Of a DNA stretch of 33,519 nt, positions 19,094 through 27,577 are shown in pieces (the first letter of the stretch is position 1; every line of letters begins with the position of its first letter). This DNA is from a virus (Duplodnaviria; Caudoviricetes). The translations under genes and the position numbers were made by a program. The notes below the pieces were generated by a model. That model made no database searches, was not told where the DNA came from, and saw only the letters and a program-made list of their open reading frames with translations. Where the stretch lies: IMG/VR virus record IMGVR_UViG_3300026543_000040, positions 1 to 33,519 of that record. One strand, 5' to 3'.

Positions 19094-20437
19094 TTATACA
19101 TGTCTAAAAGAATATGTTCTTTCTAATAAGTCGGCTTCGTCCGAAGTCATACGACCTTTGCGCAATTTGTTTTGACTTACAGCCATGTACCTAAAAGCGT
19201 CTGCACAATGTGAGGACCAATCATGTACTGGTTTATCCCCGTAAACATTCAACCTTTCATTGAAATTTTTGTGGTAATTTTCCAGGGCCTTGATTAAATA
19301 TTTACACTTATCACTGTCTATCCACAACCTGGGAAAGACTCCGCGACCAAGTTCTATCCCTTCTTGTATCGAAATATTGGGGACAATGTCAAACTTAATT
19401 CCGAGATCTTTCGCTATCTGAAGCCTTGTTTGGGCTCCGGATCCTAACTCTCGCACTTGGATGTCATGGGGGGCGTAATGGCCGCCATAGGTATAACCCC
19501 ACTTCTCACTTTCAATCTGTAACCACCGAGCGTAATGATTAAGTCCTTCTCCCTGGTTTCGATACATATTGATGATGTGGATTTGATTCCCGGTGTTTTG
19601 CACGAGGAGTATAACTGTTTCATCTGACACGCCAAGGTCCCAATAAGAAAAAACATTAGAATGCGGGTCGTAAGGTATGCATGAAATCCGTCCATCTAGG
19701 TCTGCCTGATTAAGGAGTTTTGCGTAATAAGCACCTTCGGTACCCTGATCAAAATTGCAGTAGTATTCTTGTTGAATAAGGTGTTCGGACATTCCCTCTG
19801 CACGTTCAATTTCGATATCAGATTCACTAAGAACTTTTGTTGTGCTAACATCGAGTTTCTGGCAGAACCACTCCGGATTGTTTTTGGCCATAAGGTATAG
19901 GTCATAGGCGTGATTCTTTCCTCGCGGGGTGAAGTTGAACACCGCCCAGCCATCATTTTCACGCAGGATAGGACGTATGAAATTCCAGCATTTAGGGTCC
20001 TGCAAGGAGTACTCGGAGAATACGCAGCCAACAGGATTAATCCCAACATTGACGATTTGATCAGAGCCGATGATTTGTATAACGCTTCCATTGGTAAGCC
20101 TCACTTTCATTTCATTGCTATTGATGTTTCCTTCAATAATATGGTCGGGGATATAGTTTAAGAATCTCCTACCTTCCTTATTCGCTCCATCCCATAGTAT
20201 GCGTCTACCCAGAGTACTGGTGGGAAAGAAGTAAACATAGGTCCCCACTCGGTGCCAGTACGCCTGTTTGATCAACCAGTTGAAACAGACAATCTCTTTA
20301 CCACAGCGCCTATGCCACACAAGGACCGCCCGTTTGATCCCATTATCCATAGCATGCAGAAAATCAGCCTGATAAAGTCTAGGCGTAAACATGGGAATCG
20401 TGATTTCGTCTGGATCTTTATGTGCGCTACTCCGCAT
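19094..20437 (-). CDS. terL: Terminase large subunit
   Basis: Walker A VWHRRCGKE, FTPRG, nuclease WDLG and HCADAFRY; start near 20437 overlapping the terS stop. Confidence 0.93.
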   Translation of the reverse strand: MRSSAHKDPDEITIPMFTPRLYQADFLHAMDNGIKRAVLVWHRRCGKEIVCFNWLIKQAYWHRVGTYVYFFPTSTLGRRILWDGANKEGRRFLNYIPDHIIEGNINSNEMKVRLTNGSVIQIIGSDQIVNVGINPVGCVFSEYSLQDPKCWNFIRPILRENDGWAVFNFTPRGKNHAYDLYLMAKNNPEWFCQKLDVSTTKVLSESDIEIERAEGMSEHLIQQEYYCNFDQGTEGAYYAKLLNQADLDGRISCIPYDPHSNVFSYWDLGVSDETVILLVQNTGNQIHIINMYRNQGEGLNHYARWLQIESEKWGYTYGGHYAPHDIQVRELGSGAQTRLQIAKDLGIKFDIVPNISIQEGIELGRGVFPRLWIDSDKCKYLIKALENYHKNFNERLNVYGDKPVHDWSSHCADAFRYMAVSQNKLRKGRMTSDEADLLERTYSFRHV

Positions 20438-20846
20438 CTTCTGATTTCCATGGCTGTGGATCCTTATCTCCAAAGTTAACAATATTTATTATGGGGTCGC
20501 CTTTATGCTTTATTCCGTAGGAATCTTCCTGATGTAAGATCTGTTTTCCTAGAAATATTGCCATAGCGGCACTGGTGTCAGCTAGTATCCACTGTTTACG
20601 CCGTAGCGAACAGTGACCTCCTACTTTCCATTCAGCAAACTTCTCACTCGGGGGACATTGAAACATTTCCTTAGATGCTCTTTGTAAAGTATCTTCGGAT
20701 ATATCCAGGAATGAAGCTACTTCTCCGGAAGTACATTGCATTCGACACAATTTTTTAACTTCCTTCCAATCAATGGAAATCTTGGGTTTCTTACCAACGG
20801 AGGGAGTGCGTCCCTTAGCTTTATGCGTAGGTTCTTTTTTTTTCAT
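20427..20846 (-). CDS. terS: Terminase small subunit
   Basis: HTH, SLRRKQW, MAIFLGKQIL.Q; directly upstream of terL. Confidence 0.8.
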   Translation of the reverse strand: MKKKEPTHKAKGRTPSVGKKPKISIDWKEVKKLCRMQCTSGEVASFLDISEDTLQRASKEMFQCPPSEKFAEWKVGGHCSLRRKQWILADTSAAMAIFLGKQILHQEDSYGIKHKGDPIINIVNFGDKDPQPWKSEDAE

Positions 20847-20877
20847 GATAATCTTTAAGTTATAGCTAGACCTAAAG

Positions 20878-20894
20878 TGTAAAGCTGCTTTACA
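20878..20894. promoter_or_regulatory. Palindromic candidate operator in the terS promoter region
   Basis: TGTAAAGC-T-GCTTTACA; TTGACA on the minus strand at 20916-20911. Confidence 0.5.
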
Positions 20895-20942
20895 TTAGTA
20901 AGCCTCGCGCTGTCAAAATTTTTATAGAACTGATAATAGCGC

Positions 20943-21800
20943 CTATACATCTAATCCCAATCCCATATCTATTTCATATTTGTTTTTTGGAAAAGCCTTG
21001 CGGTGAAGACGTTTAAATTTTTCAGGTGAATTAGGAGGGCAGATGCGGAGCAGTACCCTAATCTGGGCCAATATAGCCATCAGTGTGGGGTCCCCGATAT
21101 CGTCTGATAACCACTGATGATTCTTCTGAGCTCGGAATCGTCCGTTTACATACGGGTTTCGGCTTCTGATTTCGTCTATTACTTGTTTAGGCATCACCCC
21201 ATAAACATAAACGCTGAGTATCTTGGATAGCCATGCACCTTCATGAATAGGCCGGTCTAGGGGTATCTCTTTCCCGTATACCCTAAGAAATCCACTCCAT
21301 ATTTCATAATCAAATCGTTTACTCCATGGTCTAAATATGTCACAAATAAATGAGTTTAAGTATGTGGCTAGTATTCCTTGTCGTGCACCGGCTAGAAACC
21401 CAGCTACATCGTAGCAAGTTCCGCGAATTCCTGTGTTGGCAAACGCCCCTATCAGCTCCCAGCATCTTTGAACAATTTGTTGTTTTACAGGACTCAGATA
21501 TTTTTCTTCACATTTGGACCTAGCAATGAGTTCAGCAAACTTATAAAGTACTGTTGCATCAAATCCTTTATAGACACGCTTTTGTCCGGCAACTTGCCAT
21601 TGAAACGGCTCTCCGATCGTCTCTTTAAACTCCCCACTTAAACGAGGGAAAAATGTTCCTTTTTGATTTGCTAGGCCGAAATATTTCTCGGCACTTCCAT
21701 ATCCTATAACCGGGGTTTCATCTTTCAAAATGGTCACCTTTAGTTTAAGGTCACCTATAATCAAATCGCCGGTGTGGTTCGTGGCTTCCCTAATCTCCAT
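20943..21800 (-). CDS. P63C-domain protein (antirepressor-associated family)
   Basis: RPWSKRF, YVYG.MP, KNHQWLSDDIG.P.L P63C motifs. Confidence 0.8.
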   Translation of the reverse strand: MEIREATNHTGDLIIGDLKLKVTILKDETPVIGYGSAEKYFGLANQKGTFFPRLSGEFKETIGEPFQWQVAGQKRVYKGFDATVLYKFAELIARSKCEEKYLSPVKQQIVQRCWELIGAFANTGIRGTCYDVAGFLAGARQGILATYLNSFICDIFRPWSKRFDYEIWSGFLRVYGKEIPLDRPIHEGAWLSKILSVYVYGVMPKQVIDEIRSRNPYVNGRFRAQKNHQWLSDDIGDPTLMAILAQIRVLLRICPPNSPEKFKRLHRKAFPKNKYEIDMGLGLDV

Positions 21801-21888
21801 GTAGGTACTTCTCCTAATCTTTTCACGCTGTGTAGGCAGTGGTTTTTTCTTACATAAATAACATCACTTCTTTTCGGGAACCTATAGT

Positions 21889-22197
21889 CTACCCAACGCA
21901 GTGCGCATTTACTTGGGACACTAACATTACAAGTATGTTCTCTGTTTCCCGGGCGATTATTTCAATTCTCATAGCTCCTTTTTTTAATTCCAGACGAGCT
22001 TTACTAGAATGAATAATCGAATTTCCCTGTAATTCTTGGGCTTCTTTCATAATAACTTTAAGCACGCCAAACGCTTCTTTAGCTTCTTCGGGTATGTGCA
22101 TTTTCTTTCTCCCTACAGGATTAAGCACCGTATCTACCTCCTCACCTTTATCGACGTTTCTGTCGATGGGATTGACGTACAGAGGCGCGTAATCCAT
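21889..22197 (-). CDS. Hypothetical protein (102 aa)
   Basis: GGAG SD, co-oriented. Confidence 0.55.
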   Translation of the reverse strand: MDYAPLYVNPIDRNVDKGEEVDTVLNPVGRKKMHIPEEAKEAFGVLKVIMKEAQELQGNSIIHSSKARLELKKGAMRIEIIARETENILVMLVSQVNAHCVG

Positions 22198-22230
22198 GCT
22201 CCATCTGCTGTTTCCCAGCCGACTTTGCTT

Positions 22231-22593
22231 TTATATGCCGCTGTGCTGAGTCAATTCGTTTGGACTCTTCAGACACTTTGGCTTTTCTAAGTCCAGATCG
22301 TCCCATATTCCTTTAAGCTCCCTAACTTTATTTCCGATGGAGTCGTATGAATCACAGTCATCACAAGTTTCTTTACACCTAGATAGGAACCTACCAAAAA
22401 CAGCATCTTCTAAATCATTAAGAATTCTTTTCTGATTTTTCAACGCGTGCATCTCTTTTTTGTAACTCTGCATGGCTTGGTTCAGTCCGGTTGATAATCT
22501 TGATTCCATTTTCTCCTCCTTTTCCCATCCTTTCATCTTTATTTGACAATTTTTTAGCGACCTCTTCAGTCCGCTGGATAACTTCGATTCCAC
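22231..22593 (-). CDS. Hypothetical protein with two possible starts (GTG 22593, ATG 22509)
   Basis: Both starts preceded by AGGAGGAG because of a tandem duplication. Confidence 0.55.
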   Translation of the reverse strand: MESKLSSGLKRSLKNCQIKMKGWEKEEKMESRLSTGLNQAMQSYKKEMHALKNQKRILNDLEDAVFGRFLSRCKETCDDCDSYDSIGNKVRELKGIWDDLDLEKPKCLKSPNELTQHSGI

Positions 22594-22789
22594 CTTCTCC
22601 TCCTTTTTCTATTACCGTCGTGATATAACGAATATCCGATAGATTTGTCCAAAATCCTATGTGAGTATCAGGGTGTACATACACTTGGCAGCTTGTTAAG
22701 TCTTCGAAAAACTTTGCTATCTGACCCTTCTTAATCTTTACCCGAAGAGATTTTTCGTCTTTATAATTTAGGGTGACTGTAAACTGCAT
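22418..22789 (-). CDS. Hypothetical protein overlapping the downstream gene
   Basis: Start MQFTVTL at 22789 with GGAG SD. Confidence 0.6.
   Translation of the reverse strand: MQFTVTLNYKDEKSLRVKIKKGQIAKFFEDLTSCQVYVHPDTHIGFWTNLSDIRYITTVIEKGGEGGIEVIQRTEEVAKKLSNKDERMGKGGENGIKIINRTEPSHAELQKRDARVEKSEKNS
22481..22607 (+). repeat. Degenerate direct repeat, 43-bp core, 84-bp period
   Basis: TTCAGTCCG..GATAA...GATTCCA..TTCTCCTCCTTTT at 22481 and 22565. Confidence 0.8.
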
Positions 22790-22791
22790 GG

Positions 22792-23025
22792 TTATCTCCG
22801 CTTTCCGGTTCCTTTGGGTACTAAAAATTTGGATGATCTGGGACTGGTTTTTCTCCACTTAAGCTCTTCTGTCTTCAAAGCTATAAGTTCTTTTTCTTTT
22901 TCTTTACGTCGCTCGGCAATAGGAGAGCTGTACGTTTTCTCCGTACGTCTCGCAGCTTCTTCTATAGCTTCTAGTTCACGATAGCCGTCTGTGCCGGTAA
23001 TTCTGCTTCTATTTGGTCGGGACAT
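22792..23025 (-). CDS. Basic hypothetical protein (77 aa)
   Basis: GAGG SD, first gene after the intergenic region. Confidence 0.55.
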   Translation of the reverse strand: MSRPNRSRITGTDGYRELEAIEEAARRTEKTYSSPIAERRKEKEKELIALKTEELKWRKTSPRSSKFLVPKGTGKRR

Positions 23026-23049
23026 TTTTTTTTAATTTTCCTCGAATCG

Positions 23050-23112
23050 AAGGTTCAAAAGGTTCAAAAGGTCTAAAAACATTACTTCTGAACCTTTTGG
23101 ACCCCCGAACCT
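23050..23112. repeat. 9-bp tandem repeats with inverted copies
   Basis: AAGGTTCAA x2, AAGGTCTAA, then TGAACCTTT/TGGACCCCC/GAACCT. Confidence 0.65.
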
Positions 23113-23226
23113 AAGGTGGTTAGTGGCTCAGATCAGCAATAACTAATTATAAAAAAATAGTATTGTCGAAAAAAGTCGAGTTTCCATAGGATGAGGATAA
23201 GCCTGCACAGACTTATCCTATCGCAT

Positions 23227-23259
23227 AGACCCGGTAACCTACCAAGTAACCGGGTTTTT
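23227..23259 (+). terminator. Intrinsic terminator antisense to the operon
   Basis: ACCCGGT...ACCGGGT followed by a T tract. Confidence 0.6.
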
Positions 23260-23298
23260 GCTTTTCTAGAGATTATGTCCTGAACATTTTATTCCCTT

Positions 23299-23835
23299 TC
23301 ATTCGCTGCCAGCCTCGATCACAAAGCTACTTCTTAGTAAGTGAGCAGGGAAATACTTGGGATTCTGTCCGGATTTTTCAGCTAATTTTTTGACGATCTC
23401 GTTTACGAACGTCCACTTTATTGTTCCTGGTTTAATGACACCCGACTGGCCAATATATCGAAATAATGGTCCCTCTTTTTCCCCGAGTAGTTCGAGCCAT
23501 TTCCGTAGATATTTCGCCGCTAAACCTGAGACGGGCTTAAGGTTATCACTTCTCGGCATGTGGAACAGAAAGCAGTACACTAGGTCTTCTAGGTGTTCGA
23601 TTCGGGCTTCCTCTGCTTCTATTCGGCGACGTCCTCCACTAGCAAACATGAATGCTAAGAGCGCTCTATCGCGGATGCCAATAGTATCAGTCGTCGTTTG
23701 GTCCAACAGGTTATCCAGCAGATGTCGACTAATCGGCATTGGCTGAATGCTTGATGCGTAGTTGATGTCTCGGAATTTTTTAAAATGGTATCTCTTCACA
23801 TGTAAGCCCATACTTTTTTTGACGCTCAGATTCAT
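23299..23835 (-). pseudogene. Truncated tyrosine recombinase catalytic domain
   Basis: GIRDRALL..FASGGRRR.E and AHLLRSSF present; ends before the second His/Tyr nucleophile; RSKT lysine loop absent; no N-terminal domain. Confidence 0.75.
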
Positions 23836-24154
23836 CGTTCTCCACTATCCATTTTTTAATAGCTTCTAAAGCTTGCTGACAAAAAGCTTCTCTCTGGGAT
23901 TTCTCTCGAAAAAATAGAATGGGAGCAAATTTTTTCTCTCCCTGGTCATTTTCATACTCCTTGGATGGTAAGTTAACCCAGTAATGTCCATCCGAAGGAG
24001 TTTTTTCCTCCCCATAATTATCCTTTTGACAGCTAGTTTTCCGGCAAAGTGAACATCCATGAATTTCCACGTTCCACTTTGGAACATAGATATCTGCAAA
24101 TCCTTGCAAAAACCCTTTCTGAAAACTTTTAAATCTGATACATTCTATGGCCAC
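23780..24154 (-). CDS. SpoVG-like/single-stranded DNA-binding protein
   Basis: GFADI, WVNLPSKEY motifs, acidic EEIPF C-terminal tail. Confidence 0.65.
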   Translation of the reverse strand: MAIECIRFKSFQKGFLQGFADIYVPKWNVEIHGCSLCRKTSCQKDNYGEEKTPSDGHYWVNLPSKEYENDQGEKKFAPILFFREKSQREAFCQQALEAIKKWIVENDESERQKKYGLTCEEIPF

Positions 24155-24160
24155 GGATGC

Positions 24161-24313
24161 TCACTTCTTTCCTTTTTTAGAAGAACCTTTCTTCTTTTTC
24201 CTGGCTGTATCCATGGCTATGGCTACTGCTTGCTTCTGAGGGTAACCTGAACCTTTAAGTTCTTTGATGTTGGAACTAACGGTCTTCGAATCCGAGCCTT
24301 TTTTTAACGGCAT
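24161..24313 (-). CDS. Small basic phage protein (50 aa, MPLKKG...QKQAVAIA type)
   Basis: Translated by hand: MPLKKGSDSKTVSSNIKELKGSGYPQKQAVAIAMDTARKKKKGSSKKGKK; AAGGAG SD; below the ORF-track cutoff. Confidence 0.85.
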   Translation of the reverse strand: MPLKKGSDSKTVSSNIKELKGSGYPQKQAVAIAMDTARKKKKGSSKKGKK

Positions 24314-24467
24314 TTTCACACTCCTTTAAATAGTGAAGAAAGCTGTCTTCACATATTTCGTTTGTAAATCCTCCCTGACACGCTAAACAAATGCCGGTAG
24401 GATTAGATATTACAAGTTTTCGGCAAGTAACACAGGTCATCCAACTGACGTCAGGAGGTTTCATCAT
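24276..24467 (-). CDS. Small zinc-finger protein
   Basis: CxxC...CxxC. Confidence 0.55.
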   Translation of the reverse strand: MMKPPDVSWMTCVTCRKLVISNPTGICLACQGGFTNEICEDSFLHYLKECENAVKKRLGFEDR

Positions 24468-24732
24468 CTAGGGCGACCTCTCTTAATGCTTCGGTATACA
24501 CGTCATGCACACCGTGGTTAATATGATGAAGTCTAAATCCAGTATTGAAAAATTCATCTTTCATTATACTTGACATAATGAACTGAATTTTGTCAGCCTT
24601 GGCGTGCACTTCTTCAAGTTGGCTATACCATTGTTTTACAACCCTACCATCGCAGGTAAGAATGGTGATAAGATCACTGGGATGAACCCACCCCGTTCCT
24701 TCCTCCCACATCTTTACTTCGTCCTCACCCAT
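24451..24732 (-). CDS. Hypothetical protein (93 aa)
   Basis: Overlapping start/stop with its neighbours. Confidence 0.55.
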   Translation of the reverse strand: MGEDEVKMWEEGTGWVHPSDLITILTCDGRVVKQWYSQLEEVHAKADKIQFIMSSIMKDEFFNTGFRLHHINHGVHDVYTEALREVALDDETS

Positions 24733-25162
24733 TAGCTTCTTTCCTACTTTCAGGAGTGGATTCTAGGGGAGTAATAAATATTTCTACTTTCGCTTTATCG
24801 GAGAAGATTTTTTCACAGTGGAGAGTTGTTATAAGTCGATCATCTTCGTAAACCAGATCAGTCATTACATCGAGATAGTACTTGGCCAGATTATCGATGT
24901 CTGGTTTCGTTGGCTTAGGATCGCCTTTTAAGGCACCTTCCTTGCGTTTACGTGCCATACCCATATGAAATCTAAGACGAACCGCGATAGGGCCTGTATA
25001 TGGCCTTAAAAGCCCAAATTCATGCATTTGGTTACTTATATGAAGTCGGTCAACAGTTTTGGACGCAAATTGTTTGTCATAACAGAATGGAGTTCCATTC
25101 TTTCCGACAGCGATGCGGGGTCTCTGCTGAGCCTGAGGTTTGCCGTAAATTACAAATTTCAC
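24725..25162 (-). CDS. rusA: RusA-family Holliday junction resolvase
   Basis: G.P....RPR, KPDIDNLAK..LD, DDRLI motifs. Confidence 0.9.
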   Translation of the reverse strand: MKFVIYGKPQAQQRPRIAVGKNGTPFCYDKQFASKTVDRLHISNQMHEFGLLRPYTGPIAVRLRFHMGMARKRKEGALKGDPKPTKPDIDNLAKYYLDVMTDLVYEDDRLITTLHCEKIFSDKAKVEIFITPLESTPESRKEANG

Positions 25163-25347
25163 AGGCTCGCCTTTTTTACTGATTTTTTACCGCTTTCTTT
25201 TACTATCTTTTTATGTTTGCGACACCATTTCTTCACGCATGTTTTGTGACATTCATTACAACGACCTAGACTTTGCGAATACCTCCAAAAAATCTCGAAG
25301 GGGTAATCTTTATCTTTTTTGCATAGCGCACATTGAACTTGTACCAT
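25159..25347 (-). CDS. Small zinc-finger protein
   Basis: Start MVQVQCALC at 25347; CxxC...CxxC. Confidence 0.55.
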   Translation of the reverse strand: MVQVQCALCKKDKDYPFEIFWRYSQSLGRCNECHKTCVKKWCRKHKKIVKESGKKSVKKASL

Positions 25348-25651
25348 CGGAAATAATCCTAATTTTGCATTCGTTTTGACGATATTGCGTGTAAGCTTCT
25401 GCTTTCTCCGTAAGGAGTGGTAGGGGGATTTCGTAAAACTCACTGATAGCATTTAGTTCTTCTTCACGGGGCATCTGTCGAAAATATCCGGTCTCCAAGT
25501 TCTTCAATCTATTAAGACGCATTCCTAGGAATTCCGCTGCCCGGTATTGCATCAACCCAATACGATCCCGTGATTGTCTAAGAATCTGAGGGAATTCCAT
25601 TGTTTCCATTTCTAGGTGAAGTTTTTTCATTATGTCCTGGAAAACTCGCAT
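25310..25651 (-). CDS. XRE-family HTH regulator
   Basis: LRQSR..GLMQ..AAEFLGM....L.NLETG. Confidence 0.8.
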   Translation of the reverse strand: MRVFQDIMKKLHLEMETMEFPQILRQSRDRIGLMQYRAAEFLGMRLNRLKNLETGYFRQMPREEELNAISEFYEIPLPLLTEKAEAYTQYRQNECKIRIISDGTSSMCAMQKR

Positions 25652-25715
25652 TTCATTTTCTCCGAGATTTAATTTTTCAATAATTGGTTTGCCACTAAAT
25701 ATGTATAAGAATATT

Positions 25716-26279
25716 TTATTCTGTGCAAATTAAACCCCGTATATCTTCACCTTCAAAATAGATCCATAGAAATTCTTTCAAGCGAGAAAGGATTCTGGCT
25801 CCATAAATTCCTTTAATTTGGGAATCCGATAAGTTAGTACTGATGATGGTTGGACGCTCCCAGGCTACACGTTCATCAATGATTTCATAGTAATCTCTCT
25901 CGGCGCGTTCAGTGGGTCTTTCTATTCCAAAGTCATCCAGGAAAAGAAATGGAATTTCCTGCATCTGCTGAATTAAATAAGACGCTGAACCGTACATCTT
26001 TAAATTTTCAATAATCTGATCATCCAAACTTTTGCTTTTAAACCATCGAATCCCACCCAGTTCTAAGTGTTTAAACATTTCCCTTGCCAAGGCGTACATC
26101 AGGTAAGTTTTTCCAAGTCCAGTATTTCCACTAAGCAGAAGGCTATTTATCGGGTTTTCACTCCACTTTTTTCCAACCTCATATCTTTCCTCGGACATGA
26201 ACTTGTTCACTCTTAGTTGGGCCTTCTGGTATCGCGGAGGGACTTTGTTTAACCGGCAAAATTCTTCCCATCGGTTCAT
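25716..26279 (-). CDS. DnaC/IstB-like ATPase (helicase loader)
   Basis: Walker A GNTGLGKT, Walker B LFLDDFG, TIISTNL, RILSRL. Confidence 0.9.
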   Translation of the reverse strand: MNRWEEFCRLNKVPPRYQKAQLRVNKFMSEERYEVGKKWSENPINSLLLSGNTGLGKTYLMYALAREMFKHLELGGIRWFKSKSLDDQIIENLKMYGSASYLIQQMQEIPFLFLDDFGIERPTERAERDYYEIIDERVAWERPTIISTNLSDSQIKGIYGARILSRLKEFLWIYFEGEDIRGLICTE

Positions 26280-27109
26280 AAATTTTCAAGGGTAGCTAGT
26301 CTAGGCTTCCATGTGCTCGGAGTACTCTTCCTGTCTTCGTTTTCGAAACATAGCTTGGAGCCTTTGCGGAAAGCACCCGGTTCGGTTTTCTTTCGTCTAT
26401 ACCAAGACTTAAGCGTGGAGTAGTGAGATCTATATCTCTTGCCGGTAGACCCGAGGTAGTCGTTAAGTTCTTCGATTAGATTGGAAAGTTTTCCGGAGCC
26501 GAATTCAGTTTCAAGTGTGGAATACTCAGAGTGGGTCAGCTGAACGTGGGAATCAGAGCCGAATGGGTAAAGTTTCGATGAAGAAGCGGATTTTGAAGAA
26601 TTGGAAGAAGCGGACGCAGAACGCGCTTTAGCGCGAGCCCCCTTTGGGGGTTTGGGGGTCTTTCTCTCTTCTTTGTTATAAGCTTTGTTATCTATATATG
26701 TGGGAACGTCCTTTTCGACGGGTCTGACCCGTCCTTTTCGACGGGTCTGACCCGCACTATAATGCGGGTCTGACCCGCACTCACTTTCGTTTGTTTCGTA
26801 ATTTTCATCTTCTTTTTCGTATTCGGCTGGAGGAACTATGGCCTTAAGGATTCTAAATCTACCATTGTAAGAGACCTGTTCGAGTAGACCCTTTTTCTTT
26901 AGTTCAAGTAGATATTTTTGTAGCTGCCTCTCCTTGAAGCCCATGAATTCACAGAGATAGTCATTACTGGCATAACATCCACCATGTTTAGTCATGTATA
27001 GTGAATGAATCTCAGACCACAAGAGGACAGCCATCTTAGACAAGTCCGGCACGAGCCAGATTTCTTTTGGAATCCAGATTCCTTTGAAGTCGCGCAAGTC
27101 ACGATTCAT
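26276..27109 (-). CDS. Phage replication initiator (N-terminal winged HTH)
   Basis: RDFKGIWIP, GCYASNDYL; GGAGGAG SD before ATG 27109; upstream of the DnaC-like gene; contains iterons. Confidence 0.85.
   Translation of the reverse strand: MNRDLRDFKGIWIPKEIWLVPDLSKMAVLLWSEIHSLYMTKHGGCYASNDYLCEFMGFKERQLQKYLLELKKKGLLEQVSYNGRFRILKAIVPPAEYEKEDENYETNESECGSDPHYSAGQTRRKGRVRPVEKDVPTYIDNKAYNKEERKTPKPPKGARAKARSASASSNSSKSASSSKLYPFGSDSHVQLTHSEYSTLETEFGSGKLSNLIEELNDYLGSTGKRYRSHYSTLKSWYRRKKTEPGAFRKGSKLCFENEDRKSTPSTWKPRLATLENL
26671..26781. repeat. Putative replication origin: three 23-bp iterons plus an AT-rich tract
   Basis: Units at 26707, 26730, 26753 with palindrome CGGGTC-T-GACCCG; CTTTGTTAT x2 adjacent. 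Confidence 0.8.
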
Positions 27110-27163
27110 TTTTCTCCTCCTCTGCAGTTTGTGCAAAAGAAGAAAAAACTCATTAAATAAAGA

Positions 27164-27191
27164 TAGACTAATTTAGTGAATCGATTATAAT
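27164..27191 (+). promoter_or_regulatory. Antisense sigma70-type promoter
   Basis: TAGACT-16 nt-TATAAT. Confidence 0.5.
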
Positions 27192-27215
27192 GTGCGGAGT
27201 ACACATAGATACTGC

Positions 27216-27370
27216 GGTCTAACTGATCGTATTGATACATATGTTTTCCTTGTGATGAGGGTCTGTGTGTTGATGTAGCTGTTTTGGCCTAATTGATCGT
27301 AGTGAGACACTCTGTTCTTTTAGTGATTGCAACCCGAAGTAGTTGTGTGTCGATTGCAAGTTGTTCTTTC
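27216..27370 (+). repeat. Degenerate tandem duplication, 70-bp offset
   Basis: GGTCTAACTGATCGTATTGATACA vs GGCCTAATTGATCGTAGTGAGACA. Confidence 0.65.
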
Positions 27371-27577
27371 TTAAAGAGTAATTGTTTTTATATGTGACCA
27401 TTATTTGGTTAGATTTATCCTTTTTGCGGGGATATTGACGAGATAATTTACGCATTTATTGAACAAGGCTTTTCTAAAATAGCCACTCACGAACCGCTTG
27501 TGATCCGTATGTTTGGACTCAGTCATGACTTTTGGTAGGGGAGTGGCAGATTTCACATATTTTCCTAATCTTGATTG

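Noticed and set aside
22481-22607. DGR template/variable repeat pair
   Set aside because: No reverse transcriptase in the genome; mismatches are not adenine-specific
23299-23835. Functional integrase implying a temperate integrating phage
   Set aside because: Catalytic Tyr region and Lys loop absent; downstream frames do not restore a convincing C-terminus
26707-26781. Palindromic repeats as a CRISPR mini-array
   Set aside because: 23-bp period with 10-nt gaps inside a coding gene; fits iterons; no cas genes
27216-27400. CRISPR or TIGR-type guide array
   Set aside because: Only two clear degenerate units, intervening sequences also similar, irregular spacing, no Cas or Nop-domain gene; kept only as a repeat
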